Shown here: piece after piece, positions 25,850 through 32,000 of the stretch
Position numbering within the stretch: position 1 is the stretch's first letter
How the letters are laid out: the number at the start of each line of letters is the position of its first letter
Source of the DNA: Bdellovibrionales bacterium
GTDB lineage: Bacteria; Bdellovibrionota; Bdellovibrionia; Bdellovibrionales; UBA1609
Reading direction: 5' to 3'
DNA: 32,000 nucleotides
Assembly: GCA_963692945.1 (NCBI GenBank)
Contig: OY843585.1
Location: forward strand, 180,001 to 212,000
Program-made: the position numbers and the translations under genes
The notes under the pieces: model-generated
Database searches by the model: none
What the model was told of the DNA's origin: nothing
The model's input: only the letters and a program-made list of their open reading frames with translations

Positions 25850-28675
25850 TCATGAAGTCGTTTTTTGAGAGTGTTTTGAAAGATACTCCTTGAGATAAAA
25901 AGCCGTGTGACTTTTTTTAAAATTCAATAATTCTAAAGGAGAACCTTCCGCAATCAGTTTTCCCCCTCCCTTTCCTGCTTCAAGTCCTATATCTATAATA
26001 TAGTCCGCTTCTTTTATGATTTCTAAATTATGTTCTATCACCAAAACACTTCCTCCAGCCTCTACAATTCTATTTAAAACTTTCAACAACAAATCAATCT
26101 CTTTAAAATGCAACCCCTTTGTTGGTTCATCTAAAATATAGAGTGTTTTTTCTTGCTGAGAGTTTAAAAGCTCTTTTGCCAGTTTAAGTCTCTGTCTTTC
26201 TCCACCACTCAAAGAGGCTGTGCTTTGACCTAGAGTTACATAAGACAATCCCACTTCTTTTAAAGCTGAAAAGGCTCTAAGCAAAGAGGCCTCTGATCTG
26301 AAAAAATGAAATCCCTCTTCTACCGTTAGATTTAAAACTTGAAAAATATTTTTTCCTTTGTATTGAACTTTTAAAACTTCTTTTTGAAACTTTTTCCCTC
26401 TGCAATCCTCACAAAGCACTTTAATGGGATCCATAAAAACCATATCTATTTCTTGATAGGCTAAGCCTTTACAGATGGGACATCTCCCTCCTTCAACATT
26501 TAAACTAAAATGAGAAGACTTAAACCCTTGTCTTTTAGATAAAGGCACCTCTGAAAATAATTTACGAATCACATCATAAGATTTTAGATAAGAAATGATA
26601 GAACTACGAGAAGTCCTCCCCACCTCAGATTGATCCATCAAAACAACATTTTTTAAAAACTCACAACCTGAAAGACTTTCATGTTTTAAACTTTTTAAAG
26701 AAGCTCCATGGATTTGGTTTTCTAAAGCCGGATACAAAGTATCTGATATTAAACTGGATTTCCCTGAACCACTCACTCCAGTGACAACAACAAAACGATT
26801 TAAAGGAACAAATAAATCCACCTTTTTTAAATTGTGACCTTCGGCTTTTTTTAAAACCAGCCCGTATTTATACTGACTTTTGTCGGTCGGACGAGCTGTT
26901 CTTAAAATCATAGAGTTTCTTTTTAAATAAGAAACGGTATTAGATTTTTCACTGGATAAAAAATCTTTCTTAGCTCCTGTCCAAAGAATCTCTCCACCTC
27001 TTTGACCCGATTCAGGTCCCATTTCTATAATGTGATCACTGCTTTCAATCACATCTTGATCGTGTTCCACAATCACAATGGTATTTCCTAAATCTTTTAA
27101 CTCTTTCAATAATTCAATCATACGATGAGTGTCCCTAGGATGAAGACCTACTGTTGGTTCATCTAAAACATAAAGAACTTGAGAAAGTCTTAGTCCTAAT
27201 TGATTTGATAAATTAAGTCGCTGGAGTTCCCCACCTGATAAAGTGCTAATAGGACGATCTAAACCAAGATAAGAAAGACCTACGGAATTTAAATACTTAA
27301 GATTGTTTTTTAAAGCCTCCAAAGCCTCTTTACATTTCCCAACCTCCACAGAAGAAAAAGAAGTTTTATCAAAAAAAGTTTTCATATCCCCTAAAGTCAT
27401 TTTCATATAATCCGTGTATTTTTTTTTATGTAAAAAAATATTTTGCACCTCCTTGCGAAGTCTAGTCCCTTTGCAGTCTTCACAAAAAAAAGGTGACCGG
27501 TAACGAGACAAAAGGATTCGAACATGCATTTTATGTTTTTTCCGACCTAAATATTTAAAATAATCCTCAATCCCTTTAAAGTCTTTTTCACCTTGCCAAA
27601 GAGATTTCTTTTGACGAGGACTTAAATCACACCAAGCTTTTTCATAGATGTTTTTTTCCAAACAGTATTCCTTTAAAGCTCTTCTCCAAGGGTAAGAAGA
27701 AGGCATAGTTAAAGGTTTAACGGCTCCCTCTTTGACAGATAATTTAGAGTTAGGAATAACTTTTGTTTCATCTATTTTTAAAATGTATCCATAGCCTTGA
27801 CATTTTTTACAAGCTCCTAAAGGAGAATTGAAACTAAATAAAGGGGAGCTTATGGGAACATTCAATTCAAAAGAACACTCCCGACATCGCTTCTTTTTAG
27901 AAAACCATTTTTGCTCTCCATTTAAAGCGGCAAAAAGAATTTTATCTCCAAACGCCTGTGTTTCCATTTGAAAAAAACGATGAATCTGAAAAGCTTGATT
28001 CAAAGAATCCACCAATCTGGATTTTTCTTTTTGAGCTACAACAATCCGATCTATTAAAATAAAAAAATCTTTTGTTGGAATTTTTTTTAACTCCAAAACC
28101 TCTTTTATTTCCCCTTTTACAATTTGATTTTTTTTTGGCAAAAAGATTCTAGAAAACCCAGCTTTATGTAAATTTTTTAAAAAAGTTTTAGGGTTTAAAA
28201 TCTGTTTCACAGTGACAGGAATAAGCAAGAAAGCCCGTTCTCCAGAAAAGTTTTTAATCAAATAATTTGTAGCGGAAGAGGGGGAGTAAGATTCCAAAGG
28301 AATTTTGTGTTCAGGGCAAACGGCTACAGAGAGTTTTTCAAAAATAAGTCGTAAGTGATCTCCAAGACCAGACAAAGAGGCCACTGTGGAGCGAGAGCTT
28401 CTGACATTGTTTTTTTGTTCCAAAGCCAGAGCGGGTGGAAGATTTGTAATGGATTCCACTTCAGGTTGTTTTTGCTGAATGATGTACTGCTTGATGTAGT
28501 TTGAAAGATTTTGCAGATAACGCCTTTGCCCTTCGGCATAGAGAGTTTCAAAAGCCAAAGAGCTTTTTCCAGAACCACTTAAACCACAAATCACCGTAAA
28601 AGATTCCAAAGGAATATCAATATCAATTCCTTTTAAATTATTTTGTGAAGCTTTTTTTATTTCAATAAATCTCAT
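25850..28675 (-). CDS. uvrA: excinuclease ABC subunit A
   Basis: Two ABC modules: GLSGSGKSSLAF and GVSGSGKSSL Walker A, LSGGELQR and LSGGERQR signatures. CxxC zinc modules. 941 aa. Confidence 0.95.
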   Translation of the reverse strand: MRFIEIKKASQNNLKGIDIDIPLESFTVICGLSGSGKSSLAFETLYAEGQRRYLQNLSNYIKQYIIQQKQPEVESITNLPPALALEQKNNVRSSRSTVASLSGLGDHLRLIFEKLSVAVCPEHKIPLESYSPSSATNYLIKNFSGERAFLLIPVTVKQILNPKTFLKNLHKAGFSRIFLPKKNQIVKGEIKEVLELKKIPTKDFFILIDRIVVAQKEKSRLVDSLNQAFQIHRFFQMETQAFGDKILFAALNGEQKWFSKKKRCRECSFELNVPISSPLFSFNSPLGACKKCQGYGYILKIDETKVIPNSKLSVKEGAVKPLTMPSSYPWRRALKEYCLEKNIYEKAWCDLSPRQKKSLWQGEKDFKGIEDYFKYLGRKKHKMHVRILLSRYRSPFFCEDCKGTRLRKEVQNIFLHKKKYTDYMKMTLGDMKTFFDKTSFSSVEVGKCKEALEALKNNLKYLNSVGLSYLGLDRPISTLSGGELQRLNLSNQLGLRLSQVLYVLDEPTVGLHPRDTHRMIELLKELKDLGNTIVIVEHDQDVIESSDHIIEMGPESGQRGGEILWTGAKKDFLSSEKSNTVSYLKRNSMILRTARPTDKSQYKYGLVLKKAEGHNLKKVDLFVPLNRFVVVTGVSGSGKSSLISDTLYPALENQIHGASLKSLKHESLSGCEFLKNVVLMDQSEVGRTSRSSIISYLKSYDVIRKLFSEVPLSKRQGFKSSHFSLNVEGGRCPICKGLAYQEIDMVFMDPIKVLCEDCRGKKFQKEVLKVQYKGKNIFQVLNLTVEEGFHFFRSEASLLRAFSALKEVGLSYVTLGQSTASLSGGERQRLKLAKELLNSQQEKTLYILDEPTKGLHFKEIDLLLKVLNRIVEAGGSVLVIEHNLEIIKEADYIIDIGLEAGKGGGKLIAEGSPLELLNFKKSHTAFYLKEYLSKHSQKTTS

Positions 28676-31449
28676 TATTGAAACAAATCCCCCTTAATAA
28701 AATTGGATTCATCTTCTGTATCCATAAAATCTTCTTTATCCTCTTTGATAACAGAATGAGGTTCTGTTCCTTCAATAAAAGCCTGACGAATAGGTTTTTT
28801 TGTTTGAGAAGAAACCAAGCCTCCTGTTTCTTTATCAATATTCACAAATACGATATTTTCAGGAATAGGAAAACTCTCATTCGGGATGTCCTTATGAGAT
28901 TCTTTCATATAGTCCATCCATATTGGAAGTGCAGAACGACTTCCTGTTTCCCCTCTCCCTAAAGTTTTTTCTGTATCAAAACCAACCCAAACCCCTGTAG
29001 AGATAAAAGGAGAATATCCCATAAACCAAGCATCGTAATATCCATTGGTTGTTCCTGTTTTTCCAGCTAAAGGTCGCTCTAAAGCACGAGCTCTTCGCCC
29101 ACTTCCCTCTGAATCAAAAATCACAGATTCAAGCAAGCTGTTCAAAACAAAACTGCTCTGTTCTGGAATCAGCTGACCAGAGTCTTCTTCTATATTTTTA
29201 AGCCAAAGCAAGTCTTTTTCTGTTGGTTCTTTCTTAGCGAACCATCTTTCTTTTTCCTCAATGACAAACTCTTTAGCCGCATGGATTTCATCTGTAAAAA
29301 GTTCATCAAAACTTAAGTCTCTGATTAAAACTTCAGAAAAACGATTTTCCACACGATGAACCAACAAAGGTTTGATTTGTTTCCCAGCTCTTGGAAAAAC
29401 AGAAAAAGATTTTAAAACTTCATAGACCGTTAAAGCACTAGAGCCTAATGCCATTGTAAAATCAGAATTTAAAGGACTAAACACTCCTAAACGGCGGACA
29501 TAAAAGCGAACCCAATCCAGTCCTATTTTTTCAATGATTTTCACTGTGGGAACATTGAGAGACCTTATAAGAGCCGTCCTAAAAAGAATATCCCCTGAAA
29601 ATCTTTGATTGATATTGGAAGGTCTCCAAATGTCTGACTCTTCATCCAACTCCTCTTCACTTGGTATGGCATTGACTTTTTCTTCAGCCTCTTCATCTGA
29701 AAAAACAACAGGGGTATCACTAATAATAGAAGCTGGTGTAAAACCTTTTTCTAAAGCGGAACCATAAACAAAAGGTTTAAAAACAGAACCCGGTTGTCTT
29801 TTAGATTGATAAGTTCTGTTGAATTGAGATCGGGAGTATTTGTAACCTCCAACTAAAGCCAACACTTCCGAAGTTTCCAAATCAAAAGAAAGCAGGGAGC
29901 CTTCCACCAAAGGCTCTTGATAAAATTCAACTCTTATCTCGTCTTTTTTATCGTTTGTATTTTCTTCTTCTGAACTCACTTTTATAGAAATAATATCATT
30001 TACACTCAAAATCTCTCGCGGATGTTCCAAAAGTTTTTGTTCTTCTTTTTTAGCAATAGGAACAGCCCAGTTGAAACTTTCAAGCAAAAGGGTTTTTAAA
30101 CCAAAAGGAGTTAGGATTTCAATTTGATTTGAATCCACTTTAGAAACAAGAGCCTGAAAGACTTTCCCTTTGATAAAATCTTTTTTATCTTTTAAAGAAA
30201 AGTTTTCTTCCTTGGCTTTTTTAATATCTTTGGAAAGCATTTCAAAAGAATCTTGAGAAAACTGACCTTGTTCCAAAAGCTCAAATTCAAAACCCGGAAT
30301 GGTTAAATAAGATTGCAATTCTTTTTTTAAATTTTTCTCCATCTCTTTGATAAAGATTTGTTTTTCTTCTTCGGTAGAAATTTTCTTTTTCACACCACGA
30401 AACCCTTGCCTCTTATCCAGTTCTTCCAGCCCTTTTTTCAAGGCCTTTTGTGCTGCTTTTTGTTTTTCTAAATCCAAAGAGGTGTAGATCTTTAATCCCG
30501 ATTCCAAAAGTTGTTCTAACTCAAAATGAAGTAACAAAAGACGGCGAATGGTTTCTAAATAATGAGGACTTTGTGCATTAAAATCTTCTCGCACATAAAC
30601 TTTAATGGGTTCGGCTAAAAACTTTTTAAACTCTTCTTCCGTGATGTATTTTTCTTCTCTCATGCGATTTAACACATAGATTTGACGATTTTTCGCTCTT
30701 TCAGGATTAAAAATAGGAGAAAACCGACTAGGAGCTTTAGGTAGCCCTGCAAGCAAAGCCGCTTCACCAACATCAATGTCTTTGACGGATTTTCTAAAAT
30801 AAATTTGAGAGGCCATTTCTATACCGTAAGCTCCATGGCCTAAATAAATTTGATTGAGGTAAATGTATAAAATATCTTGTTTGCTTAAAGCGTTTTCCAT
30901 ACGAAGAGACAAAACAGCCTCTTTGAATTTTCTCGTGTAGGTTTTTTCAGAAGATAAAAGAAGAGTCCTTGCGACCTGTTGAGTGATGGTTGAGCCTCCT
31001 TGAACTTTTCGCCCCGCTTTTAAATTGGCTAAAAAAGCTCGCAAAATGGCTTTGTAGTTTAACCCCTTATGAAAGAAAAAACTTCCATCTTCCGCAGCCA
31101 CAAAAGCAAAGACCACAGCTTTAGGCATAGATTCATAATCAAACAAGAGTCGCCTTTCTTTAAAAAACTCCCCGATTTTTTGTTGGTTTCGGTCATACAC
31201 TTCCGTCAACAAGGGAGGCTTGTAATCTTCCATACTCAATAAGCGAGGAAGACTTAAAAAAATCCATGTGAAATAAATAAAAGCCAAAACAAAACAAACG
31301 AGGAAACTGAAAAACATTTTTTGTCTCAATTTTCCTGAAAGAAAAAAACGATAGCTCAGTTTGAAAAAAGCCTTATAAAATTTTAAAAAAACTTTCATGG
31401 CTTTTTTGAGAAAAAACTTTACAGACATTTGAAATTCATAAAGATTCAT
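28675..31449 (-). CDS. mrcA: class A penicillin-binding protein (GT51 glycosyltransferase + transpeptidase)
   Basis: GT51 motifs EDGSFFFHKG, GGSTITQQ, RKFKEAVLSLRME. Transpeptidase motifs SVFKP (SxxK), SLN, KTGTT. N-terminal TM. The true start is uncertain, with in-frame ATGs at 31449, 31428, 31398 and 31317. Confidence 0.88.
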   Translation of the reverse strand: MNLYEFQMSVKFFLKKAMKVFLKFYKAFFKLSYRFFLSGKLRQKMFFSFLVCFVLAFIYFTWIFLSLPRLLSMEDYKPPLLTEVYDRNQQKIGEFFKERRLLFDYESMPKAVVFAFVAAEDGSFFFHKGLNYKAILRAFLANLKAGRKVQGGSTITQQVARTLLLSSEKTYTRKFKEAVLSLRMENALSKQDILYIYLNQIYLGHGAYGIEMASQIYFRKSVKDIDVGEAALLAGLPKAPSRFSPIFNPERAKNRQIYVLNRMREEKYITEEEFKKFLAEPIKVYVREDFNAQSPHYLETIRRLLLLHFELEQLLESGLKIYTSLDLEKQKAAQKALKKGLEELDKRQGFRGVKKKISTEEEKQIFIKEMEKNLKKELQSYLTIPGFEFELLEQGQFSQDSFEMLSKDIKKAKEENFSLKDKKDFIKGKVFQALVSKVDSNQIEILTPFGLKTLLLESFNWAVPIAKKEEQKLLEHPREILSVNDIISIKVSSEEENTNDKKDEIRVEFYQEPLVEGSLLSFDLETSEVLALVGGYKYSRSQFNRTYQSKRQPGSVFKPFVYGSALEKGFTPASIISDTPVVFSDEEAEEKVNAIPSEEELDEESDIWRPSNINQRFSGDILFRTALIRSLNVPTVKIIEKIGLDWVRFYVRRLGVFSPLNSDFTMALGSSALTVYEVLKSFSVFPRAGKQIKPLLVHRVENRFSEVLIRDLSFDELFTDEIHAAKEFVIEEKERWFAKKEPTEKDLLWLKNIEEDSGQLIPEQSSFVLNSLLESVIFDSEGSGRRARALERPLAGKTGTTNGYYDAWFMGYSPFISTGVWVGFDTEKTLGRGETGSRSALPIWMDYMKESHKDIPNESFPIPENIVFVNIDKETGGLVSSQTKKPIRQAFIEGTEPHSVIKEDKEDFMDTEDESNFIKGDLFQ

Positions 31450-31654
31450 AGTTTTGCCCCAATCAAATGATAAAATGTATCAAAAAGAGACAAAAAAGGG
31501 AAAGAAAAGGCTAAAAAAAGATTTTTATTTAAACTGTAGATTTCTCAAGGCAAAAGGCTAAAGAAAGGGATGAAAAAACTCTAAAGAAACAAAAAAGCCC
31601 GAAAAAACTCTTGAAAAAGCTTTAGTTTTCGCTGAAAAATCCGATAATAAGAGT

Positions 31655-32000
31655 ATGCCTATTAAATCTTTATTTCTAGTATTTCTCTTATCTCTTAGTC
31701 CTCTTGTAGTTCATGCAGCAGAAGAAACGAAAGAGGAGTGTGAAAAGAGGGTTTTTAACAAAATGACAGAAGATCAGAGATTTGAACTGAACATAGACTT
31801 CATACAAAAAACCGAAAATATTAGTTGCAGCGGAGATTTTGATGCTGCTGGAAATGGCATAACAATTGGCCCTCCTAATGCAAGCACAACTTATTGTTTT
31901 AACCCTGAAACGAACGAGCAATTTAACATAAACACTGAGCATGATTGCAATAAGACCAAAAGCAAATGCGAAACAGCAGAAACGACATATATAACATCCG
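31655..32000 (+). CDS. secreted Cys-containing protein, 5' partial (runs off the window)
   Basis: From the ATG at 31655 the frame is open to the window end, checked codon by codon. Signal peptide MPIKSLFLVFLLSLSPLVVHA followed by AEE. It is absent from the ORF track, presumably because it has no stop in the window. Confidence 0.6.
   Translation, partial: MPIKSLFLVFLLSLSPLVVHAAEETKEECEKRVFNKMTEDQRFELNIDFIQKTENISCSGDFDAAGNGITIGPPNASTTYCFNPETNEQFNINTEHDCNKTKSKCETAETTYITS

Noticed and set aside
25725-25850. Canonical CIRCE (TTAGCACTC-N9-GAGTGCTAA) upstream of groES.
   Set aside because: It is not present. Only the shorter AT-rich palindrome at 25736-25758 was found, and that is reported separately.

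Overview
AT-rich (roughly one-third G+C by eye) bacterial chromosomal segment. From about 5.1 kb to 31.5 kb it is a dense run of core genes, almost all on the minus strand: murA, prmC, prfA, rho, a short Ppx/GppA phosphatase, gatC-gatA-gatB, ligA (plus strand), groES-groEL, uvrA and a class A penicillin-binding protein. Interspersed are lineage-specific envelope or secreted proteins: a GYF+TPR giant, a hyperacidic LysM lipoprotein, a VWA lipoprotein with a CheY-like receiver, and a 73-aa histone-fold-like protein. The gene content and the histone-like protein loosely suggest a low-GC Bdellovibrionota/Oligoflexia-like organism, but I cannot verify that. The first ~5.1 kb is different and is the most interesting part. 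Two convergent tRNA genes (tRNA-Asn at 50-125 on +, tRNA-Ser at 5030-5119 on -) carry ~95% identical 3' flanks. Each is followed by copies of a ~163-187 nt structured repeat that ends in a 24-25 nt copy of the 3' end of its own neighbouring tRNA. MITE/REP-like mosaic repeats with nested hairpins follow. Together these form long imperfect inverted arms around a 3-gene accessory cassette: a trypsin-like serine protease, an orphan secreted protein and a tail-anchored coiled-coil protein. The protease body is separated from its Shine-Dalgarno-preceded start codon and signal peptide by a frameshift at a C10/G10 homopolymer, which is either a phase-variation switch or a homopolymer sequencing error. 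No integrase, transposase, cas gene or reverse transcriptase lies in the window. All product calls rest on motifs read by eye from the supplied translations; no database search was possible.
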